This document shows, piece after piece, positions 38,613 to 52,230 of a stretch of DNA of 64,000 bases. Below the pieces are notes generated by a model. It was not told the DNA's origin and did no database searches. It saw only the letters and a program-made list of their open reading frames with translations. Source of the stretch: Octopus sinensis (lineage: Eukaryota); NCBI RefSeq assembly GCF_006345805.1, contig NC_043000.1, positions 7,378,001-7,442,000 on the forward strand, given 5' to 3'. Positions within the stretch are counted from its first letter, which is position 1. Every line of letters begins with the position of its first letter. The translations under genes and the position numbers were made by a program.

Positions 38613-40250
38613 TCTTGACATGCGTAGTTGATTACAGGTTACCTATAAAAATTGTTGTAATCAATCTATATTAGAATCTTCATCAAAGCTCTAGAGGTGC
38701 TTTCTTTGCTTGAGCTGGTATTTTGATTATAAGTTTATCTGATTAAGATACTTGGTTAAAACTAAATCCACTTTAAGCCTTTGGTGACAAAGTAAACCAT
38801 GTTGGTTTTGTAATTAGTTGTCTTCAAACAGGGTCTCAGATGACAAATACCTAAGACTGTGGCTGACTTCATAGTGCCACATGCTTCTTTGGATTTTGGC
38901 TAATATGTAGGAAAATGAAAAAGGTTTGAATTTGAAAAAAAATGATAATTTGAAAAAAAAAAAAAAATGAATAAAAGTAATTGTATTTGCTGGGGGTGGG
39001 TGGGTTTGAAAATGAAATAGAATCTATTGTCTAGGCAAAAACAGAAATTAGTAATATAGTTGAATTTTAATTTTATTTTGCTTTTTTTTTGTTGTACCTT
39101 TTAAGTTAATTCTTCTTATCCTATGTTTTTAATCTTCACTGTATATTTAATGCCTTGCTGTCACTGCGCTTTGTGACAAGCTGTTACTAAGAGATGTTTG
39201 GCCTATTTATTAAATAATAATAATAATAATAATAATTGTGACTTTTGCTAAATCTGTGAGGAATTAGAAGAGAGATAAAAGAAAAAAAAAAGAAAAATAT
39301 TAGCTGTTATTTTGTCTTGGTTATCAAAATATGTAATTTTTTTTTCTTTTAATTTTAAATTGTTAACATAATCACTTCATTGAAAAGCTACAGCTACACA
39401 CTAACCATTCAGACACTCAACCTTCTCCCTGGCCAAATCCTTTAATACCAACAATGTTTTTAAGTTAGTGTACAATTGCAAGGGTTCATTGGCCTTCTGT
39501 TTTAAAGCATGTCCCATTATTGATTTGTTTTTACTTTACAACTGATCGCCTTATCATCCTTAAACACCAACCCTATCAATCGTTGTTGTTTAGTCTCCCA
39601 AGTCAGCTGTGATGAAGCTGATCTTTGAGTCAAAGATAGTCCAGCCATGACCATGCTCTCTCACTCACTTTCTGTTTTCTTTTCTTCTTTTTTTTTTCTA
39701 TTTTTCTGTTAATATATATGATCTGGAGAAGGAAAGGATGTGTCAAAGACTTTTTACTGAGTATCTGTAACTAGAAAGGTTATCTTCAGACTGACTGGGT
39801 ACCTGGCCTGGACGCTTGCAAAAGTGCACTCTGCTAAAAGCTAACAAAGGGGCCGGCCAAGTGGTGGTGCTAAAAACTAGGCAACAGATTAGGATTATCT
39901 CAGACTACATTCTTTAATGTGTCTTTCTTTTTATTAAAGACTGTAATACCTGACTTGAGCGAGATTTGGCTGCTATTTCTACCAAATTCAGTGATCAAAA
40001 AGAGGCTTCCTTGGCTTGATATCACTGACAACATTTTGGTTTGGCAAAAAAAAAAAAACATGTTTTATAAATGCTTCTCTTTTTTCCCTCTGGCGGATCC
40101 TTCTCTATTCCATTATCTGTTGACCTGTTGGTCTTAAAATTCTTCCCTTACACGGGAATAGCTTGTCTTACTTTTAAACCTTTTTATTTTCATTTTAATT
40201 TTTTATCAAAACCTATGTAAATAAATATTTTGTAGATAGTTACATTAGTG
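37561..40250 (+). other. Candidate HSF 3' UTR (end uncertain)
   Basis: AT-rich and nearly free of interspersed repeats. AATAAA at 38479 and 40220; the latter is followed by a U-rich tract. The true end cannot be fixed without RNA data. Confidence 0.35.
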
Positions 40251-41765
40251 GATTAAAATTTTTCAATTTCCTTTCAGTTTTGCTTCTTTCTTTTTGCTTT
40301 TATATTAGCCATGAAGTAACTCACTCTCAGCATTAGATATATTTTTAAAAGTATCAGAATAATTGTGAATGCTTTTTTTTAAATTTTTTTTTTATTGCTA
40401 CATTTAATCTTTCTTTCTTTCTTTCTCTTCACCCCCTTTTCTGAAGTAATACTACATATAATAAACATTATCTTTGATTTTTCTTCCACATCAGTAAAAA
40501 CCAGTAAAAAGTTACTACCCCACCCTTTCTTCCATCCACCCCAAATCAGTGAATTTTTTTCTTCTTTTTTTTTGGTTTCAGACTTTGTTCATAATATTGT
40601 GCATAGGATGGAATTCAATTAGCTACACACATGTATCAATATGTTAATTCAGTTTTATTGAAAGAAAAGTATGTAAATTGACTTGATTTTTTAATAAAAA
40701 ATTTATACATAGCAATATTATTACTTTTCTTGAATTCTGTAGATCAGTGTCAAGTTTCACTTGAGAAATGGTTTCCTAATGTTTTGAGTCAGATCATTGT
40801 TTAGATGGTTTAATGACCAAATAATAGTGAAAGTAGTTATGTTTTCCTTGTTTTTTTCATAATACAGAAAGACACTTCAAATTTATTGAGAAGATGTGAT
40901 GTTTATGCTTTTCTGAAAAAACTACCATTAACAACTTAAATAAAAATTGTCAAAACTTTTAGAAACCAGGTTGTAGATTGATTTGTTTGGTGCTCTTGAC
41001 CACATACTGACATTTGATTACAAGAACCACAAGAATAATAATAATAATTTCTTAGATTGGTACTAGCCAGTACATATGTAGGAGAGAATTATACTTCTAT
41101 AGTAGATTGAATTATCCATTATAAGCACCTGTTTTATTGAAGTAAAGGGATTTGATAAGTGGCCAGTTAGCACAATTGTTGATGCTTTGCTGTATGTGTT
41201 GTGTATAGCCATTTCTTTCTTTATCTCTCTCCTTGTGCTATGCTTATTTTATAAGCGTCAGCAATCATGGACTTCCATATCAAAGCCTAATGCTTCGTGA
41301 TTTTTCCTGGGAAGATAACAGCAGTGGTTTCCCTTTGCATTCTGCCAGTTTATTTAGTTTTTCTCTGCTAGTTCCATGCTTTTCCAAACTTACCCTTGAT
41401 ACACAAAGGCTATTTAACCCTTCATCAGTGGCACTGGTTCACATGATATCAGTGTGTGTCCATAGACTGGTAGAGTGTGGGGTGGATCTGTGTGACACAT
41501 CCCTGCCTGTGAATCCTCCTCCAAGTCTTGTATGTCTTAGCCTCAGGAGTATCTTCTGCTACTTGACCTTTAACCATTGCTTTTGACAGGTGCTATCTCC
41601 CTAGGTTAGAATGAACTTGGGAGTAATGGTGACTAAGGGGTAACTCCATTCTACCTAAAACCCCCCCATAACTTTCAAGATGGATCCTCACCTCTAGATG
41701 TAGGTTTGTCTTTTCCATGCAGATGTGATGGTCTTGTTTCTATCTAGTGGACAAGATGGTGTCTC

Positions 41766-41803
<38 letters not shown>

Positions 41804-43106
41804 CTGATAGAAGGCATTGGGATATTACTTTTATATTGGCCCATGAAAAATTCATGACAAGCATTGTGTTCCAAGGAAGTCACCAGATATTGTCCATCAG
41901 TTTGATGGTGCTTTAAAGAAAGAATAATTTGAACTCAGGAAGTAATTTAAAACTGCAAGGCATTTTATTCAGGCATTCCTCTGTTCCTGATGATAATAAT
42001 AATTCTTTCTAACTTTGGCACAAAGCCAGCCACTTTGAAAAGAATGAGTAAGTTGATACTGTCAATTCCAGTACTTGACTGGTCCTTTATTTTATTACCC
42101 TTGAAAGGGTTAAAGGCAAAGTTGGTCTTAGTGAGATTTGAACTGAAAATGTAAGGAGCAGCAACAAATGCTACAAAGCTTTTTCTATGAATTCTGCCAG
42201 CCTTTATTTCAAATTTTGGTACAAGGATAAGAATTTTGTGGTAAGGAAGCTGGTCAGCTTCATCAATGCCAAGACTTGACTGGTACTTTCTCAACCCGCA
42301 AAAGATGAAAGGCACAGTTGACTCTAGTAAGATTTGAACTTATAGTACAAACAGGTGGAAGAAATATGGCTAAACATTTTGTCTGATGGGCCAACATCTC
42401 TGCTGGCTTGTTATTAATGCTTCCTTACACTGGTACAAAATCTTAAAATTTACAACTGTTTCTTAGTTTGTTGACCCTGGTCAAGCGAAGTTGATCACTG
42501 CAGTATTTGAACTCCAAACGTAATGGGATATAACTAAACACCACAAGGGATTTTAACATGGTGCTCTGTCATTTGTGTCATTCAATAATAATGTTCTCTT
42601 TTTATTAATAAACAACAATAATAATAATAATGGCCATAGATGATAGGTATTGCAACAGACTACATGTTTTACAGTACTTAGTACCGTCCTTCTTGGCTCT
42701 GCCTCTGTACCTTGCTATAGGCTTCCTTTCATTTCCTTATGAACTGATACAGTACTTCATCAGATGCAGCTCTCATCATTATATTGAAATGGCAGAATTA
42801 GAAGAGCATCAGACAAAATGACTAGTGGTAGTTTTTTTTTCTATGTTCTGAGTTGGAATCCTGTTAAGATCAGCTTTGCCTTTTATCCTTGCTGAATCAA
42901 TGGTGTGAAATATTCGTGTGTGGTCTTGTGCCTCTATTAAAAATCATTATTCTTTTAGGAGTTGTACCAATGGGACAAATCTTTGTTATTGTCTTTAGTA
43001 TTTATTGTCCAGATAATCATGTTACGTCTTTGATATTTTATGGTATCTGGCTAAATCAAATGATTTACTGTTCAGTTTAAATTGTGACTGCAATTTATTT
43101 TCTTAA

Positions 43107-43293
43107 CCCCTTTGATACCAACCTGCCCGAGACTACCCTTCTTTCTTTGAAAAACAAAAAAAAACCTCCCTATTTTAAAGGGATCTAAATCAAAACCTCT
43201 CATCACAATTTCATGTTAATTTATGTTCCAAACACAAACTTAATAATCATAATTACTTCAGTGTATTTCAATAGAAATATGGTAACAAAAGGG
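43107..43293. mobile_element. piggyBac-like MITE, family 2-related, degenerate
   Basis: TTAA|CCCCTTTGATACC ... GGTAACAAAAGGG|TTAA. Confidence 0.75.
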
Positions 43294-45559
43294 TTAATTC
43301 TTTAAAGTAGTTTGAGTAGCAGTTCCAGATAATCAATTGACAAATATGACTCTTTTGTGCCTCCTCATGATTTATCTTTCACTACAGGTTGTGTGGAATG
43401 TGCTGGTGGCTGTGTTAAGATTACTTTGCAAATGTGGTTTCAGAATCACCCCCACCCCCCACATGGCACTTTGGGCAAGTGTCTTCTATTGCAGACTTGT
43501 GTTCACCAATGCCTTATAGTAAGAATTTTGTAAATGAGTTCATTGTGTGTGTATGTTTGTCTTGGCATTGATATTGCTTAGGCAGTCAGGAAAGCTATTT
43601 CATACAAACGGTATGTCTTGCAGGTCAGCAGTTTGATATGTGAAGACCAGAGGTATAAAGTACTTTACTAGAAAACAAGGGTTAATGTCAGGAAGGACAT
43701 CCAGCAATAGAATACTGCTTCAAGACGTCTCATCTACTCCATGCCAGCATAGAAAACGCAGATGTAAAAAGGATGATGATTGAATGGTTAAAGTAGTTGA
43801 CCTATTGACCACATCTGACCGAATTATACTATTATAGCCATTGAAGAAGGTACATAACTCTGTTTACAATTTGAAACAGGCTCTGCTATTACTTCAGAAC
43901 TGAATTGTTAGTGCCTAAGTAGGGCATTTGGGTATTTTGCTTTTAAATCAATGCTCAGAGGGTGAGGAATAGCCCTTCATCTCATAAAAAACAAGCTTAC
44001 CTCTATGCAAGTATTAAAAACAATGTAAAAACAGCCCAATATATTTTAAGAGAGAAAAATAACAACTTATTGTCTGAAATTTTGCATGGGGTCTTCTAAA
44101 ACTAAGAATGAAAGTTATGTATTTGTTAGAGAAATTCCTATATTTTGCTATTAAAAAAGTATAATTCTATTGTATACTGTTCCAAGGAAACTGAAGTAAG
44201 ATATTTCTGTCTCGTTTCATCTAAATTTCTTTAGCTTTAAGCTATTGTTTAGCTGTTTCAGCAAATCGTTTCACCTGTTACCATTCTACATTTTATTTTT
44301 AACACAGTATATCTAGAATTACATTGTCCAGTGTGATCGTTTTTACAAAACAAAAATAGGGAGTGATTTGAGGTTTTTGTGGCTGCTGATTCAAACTGAG
44401 CGACTACGAAGAGGTTCCCTCATTAGCTCGACTAAGCAAGAAGTCATGTTAGGTAGCATTTTCTTTCTCTCTCTCTCTCCCCTTCCCTCTGCCCCTTCTC
44501 TCTCTCTTGTGAAATTTCATTATTTAATATCATTACTATGGAAATAATTGATTGGTGGGGCAGTCTCGTAGAAGAAAATCTGTTTGCACCATGAGTTTCA
44601 TCCTTGACATAACTAGAACGGCATCTCAAAGGCTGGCCCTTCTCTTAGGGCTACAAAATACTTCAGCCTCCAATAAATGCTGACTACTGACATTCCACAA
44701 AGCTCATGTGAGGCCCACAATAGTGTATTGTCTCTCATTTGGGTAAAGTGCTACTATTGCAGACAGATATTGTAGACCTCATCCAGAGAAAGCCCACTTG
44801 ACTGATTGACATACAATTACGCAAGGACTCGCTGGACTCTGGTCCAGAGGTTTACTAATCCCTCTCTCTGTCACTTCTACTGATACTATAATGGTCTTTA
44901 ATTCTTAGAACTGGTTGATCTTGTTACACCTCTACTCAAATACTCATCCCTCCTTAGTGTTGTGTCCACATACTCCAATTCTTGTACGAACCATTTCATC
45001 CAGTCCTGCCTCTTCAGAACATTAGGTTTCTGGAATTATCTTGCAAAGGCCATGCATACTGACCCCTTCTCTAGACCCAGCCCCAGCTAGGAAATATCTA
45101 AAAAATAGGTCTTTGGTTAGGAATATGGTACAAGTGAAAATGACCAACAGTAGAATTAAGTGATGCAACGATAGAATTAAGAATGCTGGGTGGGGGTGGA
45201 GAGTTGTGACTAATTAACTCATTAAAGTTTGTTGTTTTATTTGGAACCCCTCCTCCATCTCTTGGATTGAGTAGAATCAAGTGAAGCCAAAAGAATTCTA
45301 ACACTGGTTCAAGGCTACATGTTTTGGGAAAGGGATAAGTTGATCCATGTTTTATTAAATGTGGCAAAATTTGAACTCACAACATCAACTAAATATCTAA
45401 AGGCACTTTGTCCAGTTCTGCTACACATTGCAGTTACACATCACTGGTCACAATGCACTTTGCATCGTTTTAGCCATAACTACCCTAATGATTCTTTCTA
45501 CTGTAGACACAAGGCCTGAAAATTTGTAGGAGGGTCGCTAATTGAGTATAGGGAGAAGG

Positions 45560-45770
45560 CAGCAGTCTTTTCTAGCTCAGCTTTTCACCATTTGTTGCAG
45601 TCTTTTGTTATCTCCATCATGAGGTTCAGCTTCTTGAGGTTAGCCTTCACCACTTCTTCCCATGGCTTTCTCAGTCTTGTTCTTCTGCATCTTCTTCCTT
45701 TTAGCTTGCTCTGCACTTCTTAAACCCAAATCCTCTATACACATCACGTATCCATAACAGCATAATTTCT
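45560..45770 (-). mobile_element. Degraded RTE C-terminal fragment
   Basis: The reverse strand gives remnants of RKPWEEVVKANLKKLNL..E.TKD..KW. Confidence 0.55.
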
Positions 45771-47065
45771 TTCTCTCTTGCACACTACATTTCATATTTC
45801 TTATATCCAGCTTTCCTCTCAGCTGTCATTTATACACACCCAACGTTTTTGCTTTGCTTCTTTCCACTTTTCACACGTTCCCCGATTTCAGAACTTGTGT
45901 TTTTGCTCCCATGCAACATTACACATTTTCTTCACTTGTAGAGAGAGGAAGACAGAGACGGAGAGAGAGAGAACCCAACCCCGTTTTTGCTAGCAGAAGT
46001 GATAACTCCCTGAACTTCTTTTTACCCCATTCCTATCCTGGTTACTATGCTTTCAGAAGACCCGTCTCCACTGTTAATTAGGTTGTATTAGCAAAGAAGG
46101 TTATTTATTGCTACTAGGAAACCTTCCAAATAATTTAAAGGATTTATTTCTCGTGTGCTCCCACTGTCATTTATTCACGTACCCCTATAACATATGAAGT
46201 TGTTCTTCTGTGTCAGCCTGCCTGTGATTCCATTTCATCTCTTGAACACTCGTAGTTGACCCTTGATATTCAAAGTTCCCATCTACTGTTTTTGTGCCAA
46301 TTGAACCTGGCCATTGCCTTGATAGCAGGGGTGGTCTTGTCTTCTTACCTGCTGTCTGAATACAAGTATATAAAATATGGCATTTTGTATGTCACATGAT
46401 CACGTGACCAACTGTACACATTGCAGTTACACCTCACTGGTCACAATGCGCTTTGCATAGTTTCAGCCATAAAATGATATCACCCCACTGGCTAGGGGAG
46501 CAGGCCAACACTCCCCCTTGATCAAAAGGGGACTGGAGCAATGTGAAACGAAGTGCTTTACTCAAGAACACAACGCACCGCCCGATCTGGGAATTGAATC
46601 TACAAGCTAGCGATCGTGAGTGCAACAGCCTAACCACTAGGCCATGTGCCTTTACGTGTATACACACACATGAATGTACATATGTATGTATACACACATA
46701 TATATATATAGAAAGCAGTTTGCTAAGTGCCATTGCACAAAGCCCTCTGCCTTTAAGCCGCTTTGTAACTTATACAGATAAAAAAAACAAGAACCTGTGT
46801 GTATGTGTGCGTATTTCAATTTACAAATGAAAAGAAAAGCATTCAAACATATAGAGTTTATTCATTTGAAACTGAAGCTCCTCTGTTGCGATTCTGAGTT
46901 TCCTGTCCATTCCTTGCGTGTTACCTTTGGTAAAATTTAAGTGGCAGCGGAATGAAGACTTGACATCAAATAAATTAATATACATATATGTATGTGTGTA
47001 TGTATATAACATATATCTGTACACACATGCATGTTTGTGAGTGTGTGTATGTACATATATATGTA

Positions 47066-47094
<29 letters not shown>

Positions 47095-47106
<12 letters not shown>

Positions 47107-47271
47107 TTGTTTCAATCATTTGACTGCAGCCATGCTGGAGCACCAACTTAGAGGGTTTTTAATTGAAGAAACTGACCCCAGGAATATTCTTTGTAAGCCT
47201 AGTACTTGTTCTGTTGGTCTCTTTTGCCGAACTGCTAACTTACAGGGATGTAAACACACCAACATTGGTTG

Positions 47272-47343
<72 letters not shown>

Positions 47344-47500
47344 GATAGGCTTCTTTCAGTTTCTGTCTACCAAATCCACACATAAGGGTTTGGTAAGCCC
47401 AAGGCTATAGTAAAAGACACTTGCCCAAGTTGCCATGCGGTGGGACTGAACCTAGAACCATGTGATTGGAAAGCAACTTCTTACCACATTGTCATGCTTA
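47095..47500 (-). mobile_element. tRNA-derived SINE, family B
   Basis: Reverse complement of the 51795-52230 copy, with internal (CA)n. Confidence 0.85.
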
Positions 47501-49503
47501 TTATGGATTCCTTAGTTTTGCTGAGAACAACACTACCTCTCTCATGGAGATGTGATAAAATGCACCCAGTATGTTTTTTTAAAATGATTAGCCAGTGAAC
47601 AAAAGAATTTTAGGGCAAAGAGAGGTCTTTAGTCTTACTTGAGACAAGGTGACCCCTCTTGTACTGGTGTGCAATAAAATGCACTCAATACATTCTGTAA
47701 ATATTTGGCGATAAGAAAGATATGCAGCAAATGGAATTTATGATCAAAACATGGTCCCCCAACCAAATGTAGGAGCTTAGGAATCCCAAATAAGTATGAC
47801 TTACTTCATCTTTGATGATTGTCTAATTCGTCTAAAGTGTATGATAGATGATGATGATGATGTATACAGTTCTGTGGAGACATACATTCAAGTGTATGTA
47901 AATAAATATATTTATGTATATATACATACATGCACACATGTTTGTGTGTACAAGTACTATGATATAAACATATGTATATGTGTACACAAGAGTACATGTA
48001 ATTTATATCATTATACACACCCACACATGCAAGTGTTTGTGTGTGTTTTAAATTTTATATCCATCCTTGCTCAAGAAATAATGAAAATAATGAAATCAAG
48101 TTCATAGCGAAATTGAATATTAAAAATAGGACATTTACAGTTTCTTTTCATTTCTCAGTTACTCTTATTGAAGCCTTTATTATTTATAACCTACCTATGT
48201 TTGCACAAGTCATAATATTTCCCCTCCCCTGCTGTTTTAGGGGACAATGGGTCATTCTTGTTTTCTAATACCCAGCTATCTAGCTGGTATCTGTTTCCTT
48301 ACGACAGTTCTAGGGATGTGTGTGTTTGTGTATATATCTCCTTGTTTGTTATTGTTCAAAAGTAAGACAGCAAGCTGTCAGAATTGTTAGCATGTTGGAC
48401 AGAATTCTTAGCAGTATTTTGTCTGTCTTTATGTTCTGAGGTCAACTTTGCCCTTCATCCTTTTGGGGTCAATAAAATAAGTACCAGCTGAGCGCTGAGG
48501 GTCAATCTAATTGATTTATCCACTTCCTTGAAATTGTCAGCCTTGTGCCAAAACTTGAAAGTCCACTTTTCAATGCTGAGATGGATCAAACAAAATTCAT
48601 TTGGGGCTCCATTTTCTATTGCTGGATCCCTTTCCTGTCACTAACCATTACCTGCTTCCTTCCAAACAAGGTAGTACTTCTCCATGGCTGGAGATGTTTT
48701 CACAGAAGAATGGAAACAAACGACTCTGCATGTATGGTGGTAATGCATGTTGACAATTATCACGTGATGTTGAAACAAGGAGACGCAAACACACCAAGCC
48801 CCAACACACACTACATACATACATACATACACACATGCATACATACATATATACACACATGTGTGTATAATATTATTTTGGCCTTCAGTTGATTTCTTTT
48901 TTTTTTGCTTACCAAATAAGAACCGTTATTTTTGGCGTTCTGGTCTTTTGAGATTTATGTTTTTGTTATCTGTTTTATTTTCTTTGTTTCCCTAAAATGT
49001 CCCTGCTGCTAAGATGCCAGCAAGTATTTTGAAATATAATATTAAAAATATTTTATTAGCTTTAAATATCCTGGGCAAGACTTTCTACAAAAAACAGAAA
49101 AATAAAACAAGCAAAAAGAAAAGAAAAAGAAAAACAAAGTAAAAAAAAAATAAAGATTAAAATGAAGCAAAGAAACTTATCAGTTGATTTTGAAATATCA
49201 TTTTATTTTGCTGTGGGTCTTTGCTTCTGTTTTTATCTCCCAAGTGAATTTCCACTCACATCCAACTTGTGCTGTTATACGCTTTTCTTTATTTATCACA
49301 AATGAAATAAAGGTTGTGTAAGTCATGTTACCGTTTTTTTTTTAATTCCAACTAATTGGCCATTAGTTATCCAGGAATTTCATACACCCTCTTCTCTTCT
49401 ACATACTCCATAAAGGCATTTGTTGTATTTTTTTCCAATCTTTAACAGATGTTCTGTTTGGCTTGGCTAATTTAACACTCATCTCTATAAGATATTTGCT
49501 ACA

Positions 49504-49546
<43 letters not shown>

Positions 49547-50130
49547 CTGCACAAAGACCTACACTCTCTTAACCAAACCAGCATCTAACTCCAACATAAT
49601 AATGATTTTTCAGCATCAGACAGCAACATATATAATAATTTTTTTTTTTTTTGTACATATGACCTCGCACAGACCTTGATCTGTTAAACATATCCAAGTT
49701 CAGTTTAAAACGAAATGTAAACCAGAACAATTTCAACCAAAAGATAAAATCTAAACCACCACAACTTTTTTTTTTTTATTTGGCCAGTGGTGTTCCCTGT
49801 TTCACTGTAATACAGTGTAAATAAATTGTTTTTCATCATCAAATAAACTTAATTAATATTACTGAGTTGTTTGCCTTAATTTCTGTGTGATTTCTTATTA
49901 TTTATTTTTCTTTTCTTTTCTGTGATGGTTTTGGGAAGCCTAAGATGGATTTCCTATCCTGCTTGGTCAATAGAGACACTCCAAAATATGTTTTTTTCTG
50001 ATGTGTATCTTGGGGCCCACCACTGGGTCATGTCCTTGTTGAAGTGTGGTGGCTTGTATGTCTCAACAACTGAGGGCTATGGCAGTAGGGCACAAGTTTC
50101 TGGTAGGGCTTCCTATGCTTGACAGGTTAA

Positions 50131-50645
50131 CCCCTTGACAATGGTTGACGCAAACATGCGATCACACTTTTGCTTGCCTACCTGCAGTGAACGTAAATAT
50201 ACAATGTAGAGCTACCCTACATCAGGCAGCTGATGTATGTTTTACGTCTGCTGTCGTGTACTTTATCTCTTTAGGTGCACACACTCGCCGTCCCATGCAT
50301 TAACTTAGCTATTTTAGGTTACGTTCAAGTCATGAGACTAGCAGAAGACCAATGACATGCGGATACTTTACATGCATAATACCTACCGTGTTTTGAGTTG
50401 TACCACACACAAGCTATTTTTTGAATATGAGCAGAATAACTCATGCATATCATATTATGATAAATAGCTTCACAGAGTTTGTTTCCATAAACCTGGAGAC
50501 GTAAATGTACGACGCTATGTTATTGTAAGGTTGAACATAATTAGACGCGAGCTTGTTAGCACTTGTATGTTTGTGTGGCCTCATTAGATAAAAAAAACAC
50601 CAGAGCAGTGCCTCACATGCTTTGGGTAATACCAGCATCAAGGGG
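50131..50645. mobile_element. Non-autonomous piggyBac-like element, 515 bp
   Basis: TTAA|CCCCTTGA ... TCAAGGGG|TTAA. The interior is CpG-rich and unlike the other MITE families here. Confidence 0.75.
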
Positions 50646-51235
50646 TTAAAGGGTAGAAGCCATACTAATACAGACAACCTTTTATTAGAGTTAAAAATGG
50701 GTTTGCATAGGTCCAACATCCCTATCTAGAAAAAGAGCAAAGTTTCAGAAGCACCAAAGAAAATTCAAAGCTAACAAGACCTGGGAGAGGAAGCCCTTTT
50801 CTCAAGGAGGCTTATGAAATAGCAGGCAGTGGGATACTGAGGTAGAGCTGAAAGAAGCAGACAAAACAGCTCAGAATTAAGGACGATAGGGAATAGTTGT
50901 TGATGACCTATGCACCATAGGGAGGAAAGGGCTTAAGTGAAGCAAAGTAATCCCAGGGCAGGTGAGCTTCTGACAAAATTATTTAGACTCAGTCCTGCAG
51001 ATTAAAGCAGGTGATACTACACCTGTTATACCACTACGTTAGTAAGTTGTTTTGATGCTGTGGCACACTAAGTTATTTTGAAATAAACCTTTTTGTTATC
51101 AAGCCAGCTGAAACTGTCTCTGGTCCTATGATACAATCCCCTGTTTTAAAATGATCTTTTAAAATCTTCCATCAAAATTCCATGCTAATTTATGTTTCAA
51201 CTGTTAGTTTAACAAACCACTTCACCATATGCCCA

Positions 51236-51500
51236 TGGGCATATGGCGTAGTGGTTAAGAGCATGGGCTACTAACCCCAAGGTTCCAAGTTCACTTCCAA
51301 GCAGTGACTTGAACAATAACAACAACAACAATAATAATATTAATAATAACATTGAAAAATACCTTAGGAATGAGAACCCAGTTTCGAAATTTCCCCAAGA
51401 CACCTGAAGAAGGCTGGAGGGTATATCAGCTGAAATGTTGTGTTAACAACAAAAAAGATGAGGACAAATATCCGTTGAATGTAAATAATGTAAATAACAA
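51236..51500 (+). mobile_element. tRNA-headed short element with a Penelope-type hammerhead module
   Basis: A-box TGGCGTAGTGG, degenerate B-box AGTTCACTTCC, (AAC/AAT)n spacer, hammerhead core at 51399-51444 and a repeated GTAAATAAT tail. Confidence 0.65.
51399..51444 (+). ncRNA. Degenerate minimal type-I hammerhead ribozyme
   Basis: Stem I GACAC/GTGTT, core CTGAAGA, A, stem II GGCTG/CAGCT, GAAA, T (C expected) and cleavage triplet GTT. Both deviations are CpG-type C>T changes. Confidence 0.6.
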
Positions 51501-51794
51501 CAAAGTTATTTTACTAAATTCTTCATTATTTCCAAAACTCAATTGAAATGAAGACAGAAATAAAATAATAAAAGGGTCAAATGTTATAATCATGAGTACA
51601 GAATAGTAAGAGTTACAGCAAGCAACTACCAATTTTTTAGTATGATAACCAGGTGGTGCTATTAAGTTAGACATGGCCTGGGCCAATAATGGCCGAAACC
51701 TATCAAAGTATCAAAGTATCAAAGTAACCAAGAAACTAGTGATTGTATGCTGTAATAACTGGCGCACCCCACAAAAGAAAACAAAAAGCTAAAT

Positions 51795-52230
51795 AGGCAT
51801 AGGAGTGGCTGTGTGGTAAGTAGCTTGCTTACCAACCACATGGTTCTGGGTTCAGTCCCATTGTGTGGCACCTTGGGCAAGTGTCTTCTACTATAGCCTC
51901 AGGCCGACCAAAGCCTTGTGAGTGGATTTGATAGACGGAAACTGAAAGAAGCCCGTCATATATATGTATGTGTGTACATATACACACACATATATATATA
52001 TATATATGTACGTGTGTGTATATGTTTGTGTGTCTGTGTTTTTTTCCCCAACATCGCTTGACAACTGATGCTGGTGTGTTTACGTCCCCAAAACTTAGCA
52101 GCTTGGCAAAAGAGACCGATAGAATAAGTACTAGGCTCACAAAGAATAAGTCCTGGGGTTGATTTGCTCGACTAAAGGCAGTGCTCCAGCATGGCTGCAG
52201 TCAAATGACTGAAACAAGTAAAAGAGTATG
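51795..52230 (+). mobile_element. tRNA-derived SINE, family B, near full length
   Basis: GTGGCTGTGTGGTAAG head, GGGTTCAGTCCC B-box, CCTTGGGCAAGTG core and a (TA/TG)n middle. Further copies at about 2850-3030, 11050-11230, 33600-33800, 53800-54030 and 61715-61880. Confidence 0.88.

Noticed and set aside
51676-51730. GGCC-AATAAT-GGCC-GAAAC as a third hammerhead
   Set aside because: Stem II and GAAAC are present, but the CUGANGA core and a cleavage triplet or stem I are missing.
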